A stretch of 64,000 nt of DNA from Epithemia pelagica (taxonomy: Eukaryota > Protista > Bacillariophyta). Below are positions 12,511-23,807 of the stretch, piece after piece. The notes beneath the pieces are model-generated. The model did no database searches. It was not told where the DNA came from and worked only from the letters and a program-made list of their open reading frames with translations. The number at the start of each line of letters is the position of its first letter. Position 1 is the first letter of the stretch. The stretch lies in the NCBI GenBank assembly GCA_946965045.2, contig OX337230.1, forward strand, positions 3,720,001-3,784,000. Direction: 5' to 3'. A program made the position numbers and the translations under genes.

Positions 12511-14295
12511 GGTGGCAAATTAAGTTGGAAAAACAAATGTTTGGCTGGATGAAGGAATGGCTTGAGCTTTTTAAGCTAATTCGATTTGTGAGAACCAAAC
12601 GAGTCGAAACCAAACCTAGACCAAAGGCATGCAGAGGATCATCGATTCGGATCGGATTCACACACACAGATCATTTGAGAAGCACACACACACACAAGGT
12701 ATTCGTGGATTGGGTTCTGGTTGGGCAGCAACCCGTCCGTCAAGTGTGTTTCAGCCATGGCAAAACCTGTGGTGCATGATGGGTGGCGCCACCCACCATC
12801 ACAGAGAAGGATGTGATATGCCCGTTTCATGGCGCGCCACCTGTGATGGTACCAAGACCGATGGGAGGCTCCGAGAGGCATGGCTTTGTGCGTGTGTGTG
12901 TGTGTTGCTAGTCATGAGTTGGATGCGCCATACTTGTAGAGTGTATAGCGCCTCGAATGTGTGTCGTCTCGTGTGAAAGTTGTACCACGACCCTGCTTCG
13001 AGGCTGATCGACGAGTGTGTGTGCGTTGGTAGTATAGTCATGAAAGTTTGGTTCGCAATACTCGTAGAGTACGGTATAATCATGAGTTTGATTCGCAATA
13101 CTATTGCGCCTCTGATGTGCGTCGTTTGCGTGTGCGTGTATCTCGTTTGACTCCCACCACACTCCAACAACCATACTATAGTTTTGACTCCCACGCTGCC
13201 GCCGCCCAATGGCATCGAACCACGACAGTTTCTCCGACAGCCGTGTGGTTGGGAAGCAGTTTGACTCCCATTCATTCGCTTCCAATCGTACTAGGTAGTC
13301 GTAGCTGGAACACCTTGTGAAATCATCACACATGCACACAGCATGTGGTTCGGGTCGACCGCGCCTCGTGTGGGGGGCTGTTCGATATACCAAACGACGA
13401 CATGGTGGTGGTGGTCTCTGGACAAGAGAGAAGGCGGGTTGGGTTCCAAGCGCTTCTTTTGTGGTTGCACCTCACATGATTCCTAGTTGGTACCATAGGA
13501 GTGCAGTGGTTCCGCCACGCCCACACATGGTTTTGCGCAAGAGAGAGCGAGAGAGTTGAGTGATTCACAAACACTTGGGGCTGGACCTCTGCAACACGAT
13601 CCTTGCCGTGTCACACACATGGTTGGACTTTAGGTGGGTTCCGATCGTCGACCCTACCTCAACCAAGACGAAGAAGAAGAAGAAGCAGCAACTGACCCAC
13701 AAACCACAACGACCCCCCAGTAGTGCCGAGCACCGTTCTTGCGCCGGTTTATTGGTAGTGGCTCTCACCCAGCACCACTCTACGAATACAATAACAGCGC
13801 CTGGCCTGTACCAGAGTTTCGTGGTGGGTCTGCCAGGAGTGTGGTTCGCGACGGTGTGTCTCACGAGCGCACAGACACAGGTTGGTACGTTTCTCGTTTC
13901 TCCCCTATGCCAGTCATGGTTTTGGTGTTTGTCCATGTGTGGGAGGATGGCCCGTTCCCATACGAAACGGTCGTGAATCGTTTCGTTCAGGTTCCTGATA
14001 CGATTGCTCGGTTCCTCCTCGTTGTTTTCCTGGGGCGCGTCATTAGTGACGACGAGTTGGAAACAAAAAAGCCATTGGCCATGGTCCCTCTCTACAAATT
14101 TTGTCCTGGAGTTGTCTTGTCATGTCCATGTCCTCTGTGGTTTGTTGTTGTTATTGTATGTTGTTGTTGTTGTTGTTGCTTCGGAGATGGTTTGCGTGTG
14201 TTAATAGTTGTGGCAGAACCAAAAACTCTCCAAGCCGACCGACATGTGTCCTATAGACTGATGTGTCGTCTCGGGGATTCTTGGTATTGGTTTGC

Positions 14296-15025
14296 GTTTG
14301 GTTTGGAGTCGGACGGAGAGTTGCATTCCACACAAAACACATGTAGATTCCCACTATTGTGACACGAGACCAAACGAACCTTGGTCTCTCTCCAGAGGTA
14401 GTATTCGAAATAGAGTGCCACATCGTACTGTAATAGATTCAAACTCTAGAGATTCGGAAACCTTTTGTTGGTTCCTTGGTCGACGTGTTTCCAGTCAAAC
14501 TGCTTTTGCTCACTGTGCTCATGTGTATTCCCCAAAGAGAGAGAGAAACAAAGAAAGCCCCGCGCTGAACAGAAACCGTCGTCATGGTCCCTACGGTCGT
14601 CATGGTCGTCGTTTGTGTGTGGTGCTGCAACCTGCGACCGACGATTCGGTCGCGGATTAAATTCGTGCTTCAAGGAGGAACGAAGGTAAGGGCTGGGTGC
14701 ACCGATTTGGTGTCTTCTAGGTCTGACCGCGCGTACGTGTTTTGTGGGGGAGGGGATGTCATCACATTTTACTCGCACATCAAAAATTTCATGCCCCACA
14801 AGATGGAAGACAATTCGACCATGGTATGAACCTCCCGATCACAATAACTTCCTGAATATACAGAACTAATTGAGACAAACTTAGGATACTCTTTGTAGAT
14901 GCCTTATGGATCTGAGGTTCAGTTTGTCTCAATTACCTCCCAAAAATGAGCATGCTAACCAAGAAGACACCAAATCAGTGCACCCAGCCCTTACAAGAAG
15001 GTGTTACTCCAAAATCCCAACGAGT
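14296..15025 (+). repeat. Dispersed repeat family, copy 1
   Basis: Blocks CATTCCACACAAAACA..GACCAAACGAACCTTGGTCTCTCTCCAGAGG, CGACGATTCGGTCGCGG.TTAAATTC.TGCTTCA.GGAGGAAC and GTTACTCCAAAATCCCAACGAGT all recur on the minus strand at ~59045-58790. Confidence 0.8.
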
Positions 15026-15104
15026 CTGTTGGAGCAACACAAACAACGACAGTTTGTGAGATTGCATCTCATGTCGAAAACAGTCTTGGGCAACAACAAG
15101 GACC

Positions 15105-15387
15105 TTGGAATGGCAAACAACAACAAGACAGCCGCGACAGTGCCCACGAACCACGATGCGCTGCCATGGACGCATTGAGATTCTCGAACCAGGGTCGACG
15201 GTCCGTGTCCATTTAGCAGAGGGATGGGAACATGTCCTGCCGCAAAAGGGGGAAGATGATCCCGGGTGTCTAATCCTGTGGAATTATGATAATATGGCCG
15301 CTTCTGTCACGGTGTTCAACCAGGCGATTGCAAAAGGTGTGGTCCCGCCTGCTTGGTTCCCCGAGGCTCAACCAATTACGATTCCAG
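15105..15387 (+). pseudogene. 5' part of a host ORF disrupted by the copia dimer
   Basis: Frame ...PEAQPITIP-G| runs up to the TSD and continues in frame at 31381 when the element and one TSD copy are removed. Confidence 0.6.
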
Positions 15388-16170
15388 TGTTAGAATTCTC
15401 ACCGTCTATGGTGGTTAGATTCTACATCTCATCGATTCCCCATGTCACATAGCCTCGTGCTATCGCATCATGCCATCTAGCTTCGAGCTATGTTCCCTAG
15501 CTTCGCGCTATATCGACCTATATTTCTTCGCAAATCATGAAAAGTGAGAATAGATTGACGAACTCACTCTCAAGACTAAACTGGGTCGTGCGGTATTACA
15601 ACGGACATAAATTTGGCCGTTGCTCGGACATTATACTAACGCCCTAAGCGTACGCGCCCGAAATCATCGAGCGCGCTCAAGCGACATCCGAGCGCTATCG
15701 GCATCTATCCGATCCAACGGTCTAAGTATCCCAAGCACGACACACGATCACGCGAGACCATATTTCCATTCCCACAATCTCCAAATTGTCAACAAGCTGC
15801 GCGCCATGAAAACAACTATGCCAACCCAAAGCAAGAGCTGTTGACCCTGTATATGTTATCCGCCCACATATACATGTCATATACATCACATGAATCGACT
15901 CCAACTATTCCAAACCTGTTGCCGCCAAGAACCTATGACACATGACCCTTGGCAGGACCGAACATTTCACGTAGACCTATCGTAGTAATCAACACACAAT
16001 CTAACAATATCACCATTTATCACATCTTCTTTTGTGTCCCGACTATCCTTCTGATAGACTTCGACTTGCTTGCTTCTCTGACCCTGAGAAGCTTGTATCG
16101 GTTGGTGACCTACATGATTGTCTGCTCTACCGAGCATCAATGTCCCTACGATTCAGAAAGAATTGTAACA
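15388..16170 (+). repeat. LTR1 (783 bp)
   Basis: TGTTAGAATTC...GAATTGTAACA; repeated at 22989 and 30617. Confidence 0.97.
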
Positions 16171-16181
16171 GATTAACAGTC
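16171..16181 (+). promoter_or_regulatory. Putative primer-binding site complementary to the anticodon arm of tRNA-Asn(GUU); repeated at 23772-23782
   Basis: GATTAACAGTC abuts the LTR. Its reverse complement GA-CT-GTT-AA-TC is an Asn anticodon loop closed by two self-complementary stem pairs. Confidence 0.7.
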
Positions 16182-16206
16182 TCAAAGCTTATTTCCTTGT
16201 GGTTTC

Positions 16207-16986
16207 ATGGATACTAACGAGATTATCACTCCTGTACGACAGATCTATCGAGCCAACCTGCATCCCGGGCAGCCCGATACCCTGGTGCAGCAGGAACTGG
16301 TGCCGACGCCGAAGGCAGCCAACACATCGGTCAACATCTCCGTCGACAGTTCCAACAGCAACCCATTCGAGACTCCAACCCAGCCTCACGCTCCGATCCC
16401 TGCGCCGTTGCTTCGGCCCCCGAGTCCGCCTCGTCGGCTCGTCCCTTCTCGATCCCGTCGTACCACCCGGTTGATTGCTGATCATATCAAGTACTTCCGC
16501 CAACCAACTTGTTCGACCTTCGATCCCGAGATCATCCGTGGGGAGACCTAGATCGAACGCCAGTTCCAATCGGTGACCCACATCGTCGACCAAGAAGACA
16601 TTGACCGTCTGAACGACCAACTTCATCGTTCTCCGAGGCGTCGCCTCATCTTTGCCGCCCTCTCGGGCAACCCCATCCGTACTGTCCATCTCCGCTTCCT
16701 AACCTTCGAGCGCCCAACTGGATACTACAATACCATCCACGTCGTGAACGCGACGACTTGCCCTCTGCCTCCTAACGTTGTACGCCTAGATAACTACGTT
16801 GCCTACATCCACGAGGTCCATACCATCGAGGACCATCGTGCAACTATCTACCCTTTGCGTACCGAGGTCGAGAACCACCTGGCTGAAGGTGATACCCCTT
16901 CTTCTGTTGCTTGTGCTGCCCCATCTGAGCCTGGAAGCGACTCTGATCATTCGGAAGAGGGTGAGGATTCGGAGACCGAAACTTAA
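16207..16986 (+). pseudogene. Upstream accessory ORF of copy 1, broken by a nonsense codon
   Basis: Reads the same as 23808-24587 except CAG>TAG at 16549-16551. Confidence 0.85.
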
Positions 16987-17306
16987 TTACTCATAGTTAA
17001 CTCCCGTCCTCTCAAAACCTTTCCAAGACTTAAACTAAACGCACATCCGGGTACCCTTGGTCGCACAACACGCCACACATTCCCGTCAAATCGCGAAAAT
17101 TCGGCGAAAATTTGTTGAAACTCGGCGAAAATTTGTCGAAATCAACGGAAATTTCCAGGAGTCGCACATCACAACACACATCCGGGTATCACATACGTGG
17201 TACATACGTGGCACACGTGGTACATCCGGGTTCACATCACATCACACATTAAATAAACCACATCACACCGCACATTAAATAAACATCGAACCAACCAAAT
17301 AACACC

Positions 17307-20300
17307 ATGGATCCTCAATCACCCAAGACACCTACGACTCCTAAGGGAGAAGATAACCAAGACAATGTCTCGGACACAGACCTATTCGACCACATCATAT
17401 TTACTGTCTGCCAATTCTTCACCAAAGAAAGGGCCGACTACTTAATGAAGTGGATGAAATACCATGGTTTTGAGAACATTACCCATGTTATCTCGTATAT
17501 GCAAACTAATACCGAGGAATCCATGAAGGAACTGACACAATACAAGGTCAACAAACAGACACATGATCTACAAGGCCCCACAAGACAGCAGATCAAGCTC
17601 TTGGCTTATTGGGCCACATACAAGACCAATGAAATTCAAGACGAGCTATCCAATAGCGACTGGATGAACCTAACGAGGAAAGAGTTCAACACTTGGAGGA
17701 TCAACACAGATTTCTCTAAGGGACCACCTAGCCAAGTCCCAGTCTCGCCAATGAAGTCACCGTCATCTGTGAAATCTGTCAGCACAGTTACTGCCGCATC
17801 CCAATCTCAACAAGACCTTACAGCATTCAGAAAGGTAACTAAGCGCGACGCAACTGCATATGAGGTATTCAAGGATGAACGATACTACGATTCATTCTGG
17901 CGTGTATTCAAGACTACAGCTAAGGCTCAAGGCCTATCCAACGTTCTGAATTTCAAATACACACCACCCCATGATGATGAGTATGCCGAAGAACTTTTTC
18001 AAGAGCAACAAGTATTTCTTTACTCCGTTCTTGTCCGTATCATTCAGACTGACCAAGGTCGAGCCTATGTACGTGAACATGAACATGATGAAGATGCGCG
18101 TGCTGTATTGCAGAAGTTACACTCTTTGCATACCGAATCCGACCTAGCAAAGCGAGAAGTCCTCCATTTAACCAACTACATTTCCAACCTACGTCTTGAC
18201 GACACATGGCGCGGAACAACACGTCAATTTCTTCTACACTTTCAAGAGCAGCTACGTTTGCTAGACAATCTAGTGACATTGTCTGATCGCATCCCTGATC
18301 ATACCAGGATGACCTTCCTCATGCAAGCTGTAGAAAAGGTACCTGATCTCCGCCGAGTCAAGATCTTGGATAATGTGGTGAACACCAAATCCGGTGCAAA
18401 ATCCCTTTGCTATCAATCATACTTCCGTCTCCTTCTAGACGCAGCTTATGACCATGATCAAGCAACCCAGTCATCTGTTCATAGTCGCCGTCGACATGTC
18501 AAACAACATGAATCACTATATGGCCAAGATATAGATGCTGACATAACCTCACAAGATGATATGGAGTATCATGTCCACAACACCAAAGCGACATCTGAAT
18601 CTCCATCCTCTTCGTCCAAGGTTAGTCTACCGAGTGACCTATGGTTCAAACTTTCTGAAGAAGATCGCAAGTTGATCATTGAGTATAACAAGATGATTCA
18701 AGCACCTTCATCAACAACACCGAGGACAGTGCAAACACATGCCCTCGACATTGATCCGGAACCTGATCCTGACCCTAACCAAGTTGCATCTGATGACGAC
18801 TCACCTGGCGTAGTCCCTGAGCATTCAGATGATTCAGATCCGGTTACACAATTCATCAACCAAGCCATGACGACTGATATCAATCACCCGGCAACTGACC
18901 TGACTAGTGTTCTTTCTAACGCCAAGTCCAAGACGAGCAAGAAGGTTACTTTCAAAGCCAACATGCATAAACAAGCAGGACATGTTCCACGCTATCTGTT
19001 TTCCAGGAAATCTACTTTACCAGGGAATCAATTGATTGACCGTGGTGCTAATGGAGGACTTGCTGGTTCTGACATGCGCATCCTTTCTAAGACTGGCCGC
19101 CATATCACTATTGTGGGTATTGATAACCATGAACTTACTGGACTTCCTGTCGTCACATGTGCCGCAAAGTTTGAGACCAATGACGGACCTATTGTCGGCA
19201 TCTTCAATGAATATGCTTATTATGGGAAGGGCTTATCTATCCATGCTCCTGGTCAATTCGAGCATTTCGGACTTGCTGTTGATGAACGATCTGTTAAAGT
19301 TGATGGTAAACAACGCATCACTACACTTGATGGTCGTGCCATACCCCTTCACATCAAGGATGGGTTAGCCTACATCCACTCCTTGGGTATCCCCAGCGAC
19401 GATGACATGGATACCTTACCTCAGATCATTTTCACGTCACCCGACACATGGGGTCCTGGTGTTCTGGACCATTCGTATTCTCCCACACCCTCTGACAATG
19501 ATCCTGATTGGAAACACGTCAAGACTGATGGTAGTATGTCGAACCATCCATATGACAACTATGGGGAGTACACTGATCGTGTTGTTTGTAACCTCAATCT
19601 CCTTTTGGATCTCCCATACGATCATGGACCTGACGACGCACCCTTCTTTTCTATCTATGCTGACGCAGAAGGTAATGATCCTACACTTCATGCCTCTGTC
19701 CACCGTCGTTACCAGGACGCGTATGACTGGAAGAAGTTCCGTCCATTCTTTGGTTGGCAATCTGAAGATGTTATTGCCGATACGTTCAAGCACACTACAC
19801 GTAATGGTAGCATTACTTTTGACCACGACACCCTCAAGAAACATTTCAAGGCTCGCAATCCGGTCCTTAATATACCTCGACGCCATGAACCCGTTGCTAC
19901 TGACTCGGTTTTCTCCGACACCCCTGCTGTTGACCATGGCGGTAAAGTCGCACAAATCTTTGTTGGTCGAGATACTCTGGTTACTGATATCTATGGGATC
20001 AAGTCAACCAAACAGTTTGTCAATACTCTTCAGGACAACATCCGGTTTCGTGGTGCCATGGAGACTCTTATCAGTGATGGTGGTTCATCTCTCATCTCTC
20101 AAAAGGTTAAAGACATTCTTTGCACTTTGCTTATTGGGGAGTATCGATCCGAACCTTATCATCAACACCAGAATAAGGCTGAAAACCGTTACCAGACCGT
20201 TAAACGTATGACCAACGCTCTCATGAATGCCACTGGTTGCCCTGCCAACACCTGGCTTCTTTGCCTTGAGTATGTCTGTGACTTATTGAACCATACGTCA

Positions 20301-22994
20301 TCACCCACCCACTCCGGTCGCACTCCTCTTGAGGCTCTCTCCGGACGCCCACCCGACATTACTCATCTCTTGTTCTTTCCTTTCTGGGATGAGGTTTACT
20401 ACCGTGTCGACCCCGCTGAACCCAATTCCGGTTCATATCCATCTTCTTCTGATGAGAAACTTGGCCACTGGGTTGGTTTTGCTCACAACGTTGGTGATTC
20501 TTTTACTTGGAAGATTCTCACCCAGGATAACCAGATAATCTACCGTTCTGCCGTTCGCCGTGTTGAATCCACTACACCTAACCTACGTGTGGATCGACCT
20601 TCAGGGGAGGATTCGTCTGAGAAGGATGACAATGATAAGCAAGCTGACACTGTCTTCATTCGCAGTGATAGTGAAGATCCATCCAAACCAATGCCCACGA
20701 TCGATTTTGACGACATGATAGGACGCACATTCCTATGCGACACAGAAGAAAATGGGGAGCGACACCGTGCACGTGTCATCAAACGAGTCATTGATCTTAA
20801 TGAAGAAGCAACGAAACAGGAAGAACGTGTCAAGTACATCTACCGAAAGACAAATTCTGATGTTGATGAGATGATATCCTATAATCAACTCATGGAGTAT
20901 ATCGAACGAGATAACCAAGCTCAAACCTCTGGAGATAATCTTTTCAGGTTCAGGGACGTCATTGCCCATCAAGGCCCACTGAACACAACTGATCCAGATT
21001 ACAAGGGGAGCAAATATAATTTGCTTGTTGATTGGGAAACTGGGGAGACTACCTATGAACCTTTATCACTCATCGCCAATGATGATCCGATCACTGTAGC
21101 AATTTATGGAAAGAAACATGATTTACTCAACGAACCTGGATGGAAGCATTTGAAACGTTATGTCAAAACAAGCAAACGTCTCATTCGAGCAGCCAAACAG
21201 TCAAGGATTAAACAAGTTCACCATTCCGTCAAGTATAAGTTTGGATTCCAAGTACCACGCAATTATGAGGAAGCTGTCGCTCTTGATAAACAACATGGCA
21301 ACACAAAGTGGCAAGATGCAACAGAATTAGAATTTTCACAGATCCAGTCCTACAAGACATTCAAGGATTTTGGGAAAGCCATCTTCATTAAAGGGAAAGT
21401 ATCCAATGCACCTGAAGGATATCATAAGATACGTGTACATCTTGTCTTTGACGTAAAACATGATGGACGACATAAAGCAAGACTTGTCGCAGATGGACAT
21501 CTCACAAAAGAACCTGTTGAGACAATCTATTCAGGTGTTGTTTCCATTCGCAACCTCCGCATTGCCTTATTCCTGGGTACTTTGAATGACTTGGAAATAT
21601 GGGGAGCAGATATTGGAAACGCATATCTGGAAGCCTTGACAGGGGAGAAAATTTTCATTGTCGCAGGACCTGAATTCAAGGAATTAGAAGGTCACATCCT
21701 GATTATATACAAGGCACTTTATGGATTGAAGTCATCAGGCGCACGCTGGCATGATGTCTTATTCGATGTTTTGACAGACATGGGATTTTCACCAAGCAAA
21801 GCAGATCCGGATATCTGGATGAGGAAGGCACCTGGAGAAGACTGTTACGAATACATTGCCGTATACGTTGATGACTTAGCCATTATTTCTACTGATCCTG
21901 GGAATATCTGCAAGATCCTGAAGGAGAAATACAACTTCAAACTCAAAGGAGATGGACCTATTGATTTTCACTTGGGATGTTGTTACACCAAGGATTCTGA
22001 TGGAACATTAGTAGCAGATCCAAGACGCTACATTGGTAAGATGATGGACACTTTCGAACGAATCTTCAAGGAGAAACCCAAGAAAGCCAAAACACCTCTT
22101 ATTGGTGGAGACCATCCTGAATTGGATGATTCTGAGCTCCTTGATGAAGAAGGTACTAACCATTTCCAAACTCTGATTGGACAACTCCAATGGGTGATCA
22201 CTATTGGTCGTTTCGACGTCTTCACCGCTACAATGACGCTATCACGCTTTCGTGCTGCTCCGAGGAAAGGACATCTTGATAGAGCCAAGCGTATCTATGG
22301 ATACCTTGCACATCTCCCAGAAGGCGCAATCAGATTTAGGATTGGAGAGCCTGATTATTCAAGTCTTCCTACCCAAGAATTTGATTGGACTCGCACTGTC
22401 TATTCGAATGCAAGTGAACGTATTCCTGAAGACTGCCCAACACCTCTTGGCCGCTATGTTACCACAACTCATTATGTTGATGCCAATCTCATGCATGACA
22501 TAGTCACTGGTAAATCCGTCACTGCTGTTCTACATTTGTTGAACGGAACACCTATTGACTGGTACAGCAAGAGACAGAGCACGGTGGAAACTGCTACCTA
22601 TGGATCCGAGTTTGTGGCTGCAAGGACAGCAATAGATCAGATTACAGAATTACGACATTCTCTCCGCTACCTTGGAGTACCTATCCGAGAGCGAAGTTAC
22701 ATGTACGGAGATAACAGATCTGTTGTGCTCAATGCAACCGTTCCTCATTCCATATTATCCAAGAGACACCATCTTCTGTCATACCACCGAGTTCGTGAAG
22801 CCATCGCAGCAAAGTATGTTGCATTCTACTGGAAAGATGGAAAGACCAACCCTGCCGATATCCTTAGCAAACATTGGGATTTCGTATCTATTTGGCCCAT
22901 GCTCAAGCCATTGTTGTTTTGGAAAGGAGAAGTTCAAGACCTCAACAAATCCAATGATGACAAGGCTGAAACGACGAGTTGTGGGGAGTGTTAG
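17307..22994 (+). CDS. Copia gag-pol polyprotein, copy 1 (1895 aa)
   Basis: Protease LIDRGANGG; integrase D(ATDSVF)..D(LISDGG)..E(QNKAE); RT ADIGNAYL and YVDDL; RNase H YVDAN, SEFVA, GDNRSV and NPADILSK. Uninterrupted ORF. Confidence 0.97.
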   Translation: MDPQSPKTPTTPKGEDNQDNVSDTDLFDHIIFTVCQFFTKERADYLMKWMKYHGFENITHVISYMQTNTEESMKELTQYKVNKQTHDLQGPTRQQIKLLAYWATYKTNEIQDELSNSDWMNLTRKEFNTWRINTDFSKGPPSQVPVSPMKSPSSVKSVSTVTAASQSQQDLTAFRKVTKRDATAYEVFKDERYYDSFWRVFKTTAKAQGLSNVLNFKYTPPHDDEYAEELFQEQQVFLYSVLVRIIQTDQGRAYVREHEHDEDARAVLQKLHSLHTESDLAKREVLHLTNYISNLRLDDTWRGTTRQFLLHFQEQLRLLDNLVTLSDRIPDHTRMTFLMQAVEKVPDLRRVKILDNVVNTKSGAKSLCYQSYFRLLLDAAYDHDQATQSSVHSRRRHVKQHESLYGQDIDADITSQDDMEYHVHNTKATSESPSSSSKVSLPSDLWFKLSEEDRKLIIEYNKMIQAPSSTTPRTVQTHALDIDPEPDPDPNQVASDDDSPGVVPEHSDDSDPVTQFINQAMTTDINHPATDLTSVLSNAKSKTSKKVTFKANMHKQAGHVPRYLFSRKSTLPGNQLIDRGANGGLAGSDMRILSKTGRHITIVGIDNHELTGLPVVTCAAKFETNDGPIVGIFNEYAYYGKGLSIHAPGQFEHFGLAVDERSVKVDGKQRITTLDGRAIPLHIKDGLAYIHSLGIPSDDDMDTLPQIIFTSPDTWGPGVLDHSYSPTPSDNDPDWKHVKTDGSMSNHPYDNYGEYTDRVVCNLNLLLDLPYDHGPDDAPFFSIYADAEGNDPTLHASVHRRYQDAYDWKKFRPFFGWQSEDVIADTFKHTTRNGSITFDHDTLKKHFKARNPVLNIPRRHEPVATDSVFSDTPAVDHGGKVAQIFVGRDTLVTDIYGIKSTKQFVNTLQDNIRFRGAMETLISDGGSSLISQKVKDILCTLLIGEYRSEPYHQHQNKAENRYQTVKRMTNALMNATGCPANTWLLCLEYVCDLLNHTSSPTHSGRTPLEALSGRPPDITHLLFFPFWDEVYYRVDPAEPNSGSYPSSSDEKLGHWVGFAHNVGDSFTWKILTQDNQIIYRSAVRRVESTTPNLRVDRPSGEDSSEKDDNDKQADTVFIRSDSEDPSKPMPTIDFDDMIGRTFLCDTEENGERHRARVIKRVIDLNEEATKQEERVKYIYRKTNSDVDEMISYNQLMEYIERDNQAQTSGDNLFRFRDVIAHQGPLNTTDPDYKGSKYNLLVDWETGETTYEPLSLIANDDPITVAIYGKKHDLLNEPGWKHLKRYVKTSKRLIRAAKQSRIKQVHHSVKYKFGFQVPRNYEEAVALDKQHGNTKWQDATELEFSQIQSYKTFKDFGKAIFIKGKVSNAPEGYHKIRVHLVFDVKHDGRHKARLVADGHLTKEPVETIYSGVVSIRNLRIALFLGTLNDLEIWGADIGNAYLEALTGEKIFIVAGPEFKELEGHILIIYKALYGLKSSGARWHDVLFDVLTDMGFSPSKADPDIWMRKAPGEDCYEYIAVYVDDLAIISTDPGNICKILKEKYNFKLKGDGPIDFHLGCCYTKDSDGTLVADPRRYIGKMMDTFERIFKEKPKKAKTPLIGGDHPELDDSELLDEEGTNHFQTLIGQLQWVITIGRFDVFTATMTLSRFRAAPRKGHLDRAKRIYGYLAHLPEGAIRFRIGEPDYSSLPTQEFDWTRTVYSNASERIPEDCPTPLGRYVTTTHYVDANLMHDIVTGKSVTAVLHLLNGTPIDWYSKRQSTVETATYGSEFVAARTAIDQITELRHSLRYLGVPIRERSYMYGDNRSVVLNATVPHSILSKRHHLLSYHRVREAIAAKYVAFYWKDGKTNPADILSKHWDFVSIWPMLKPLLFWKGEVQDLNKSNDDKAETTSCGEC
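22981..22988 (+). promoter_or_regulatory. Polypurine-tract-like GTGGGGAG (also 30609-30616)
   Basis: Purine-rich run directly before LTR2 and LTR3. Confidence 0.6.
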
Positions 22995-23771
22995 AATTCT
23001 CACCGTCTATGGTGGTTAGATTCTACATCTCATCGATTCCCCATGTCACATAGCCTCGTGCTATCGCATCATGCCATCTAGCTTCGAGCTATGTTCCCTA
23101 GCTTCGCGCTATATCGACCTATATTTCTTCGCAAATCATGAAAAGTGAGAATAGATTGACGAACTCACTCTCAAGACTAAACTGGGTCGTGCGGTATTAC
23201 AACGGACATAAATTTGGCCGTTGCTCGGACATTATACTAACGCCCTAAGCGTACGCGCCCAAAATCATCGAGCGCGCTCAAGCGACATCCGAGCGCTATC
23301 GGCATCTATCCGATCCAACGGTCTAAGTATCCCAAGCACGACACACGATCACGCGAGACCATATTTCCATTCCCACAATCTCCAAATTGTCAACAAGCTG
23401 CGCGCCATGAAAACAACTATGCCAACCCAAAGCAAGAGCTGTTGACCCTGTATATGTTATCCGCCCACATATACATGTCATATACATCACATGAATCGAC
23501 TCCAACTATTCCAAACCTGTTGCCGCCAAGAACCTATGACACATGACCCTTGGCAGGACCGAACATTTCACGTAGACCTATCGTAGTAATCAACACACAA
23601 TCTAACAATATCACCATTTATCACATCTTCTTTTGTGTCCCGACTATCCTTCTGATAGACTTCGACTTGCTTGCTTCTCTGACCCTGAGAAGCTTGTATC
23701 GGTTGGTGACCTACATGATTGTCTGCTCTACCGAGCATCAATGTCCCTACGATTCAGAAAGAATTGTAACA
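22989..23771 (+). repeat. LTR2 (783 bp), shared between the two units
   Basis: Same length as LTR1; one substitution seen (A at 23261 versus G). Confidence 0.97.
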
Positions 23772-23807
23772 GATTAACAGTCTCAAAGCTTATTTCCTTG
23801 TGGTTTC

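Noticed and set aside
12600-14290. Several 100-200 aa ORFs and short internal repeats (GTTTGACTCCCA x3, TTCGCAATACT x2)
   Set aside because: No recognisable motifs, overlapping frames on both strands, and repeats too short and scattered to define an element.
16199-16212. TGGTTTCATGG as a canonical tRNA-Met PBS
   Set aside because: It starts 28 nt from the LTR end and does not match TGGTATCAGAGC beyond 4 nt. The LTR-adjacent GATTAACAGTC fits better.
16549-16551. Programmed stop-codon read-through in the accessory ORF
   Set aside because: The sister copy has CAG at the same site and there is no CARYYA context. A C>T mutation or a sequencing error is simpler.
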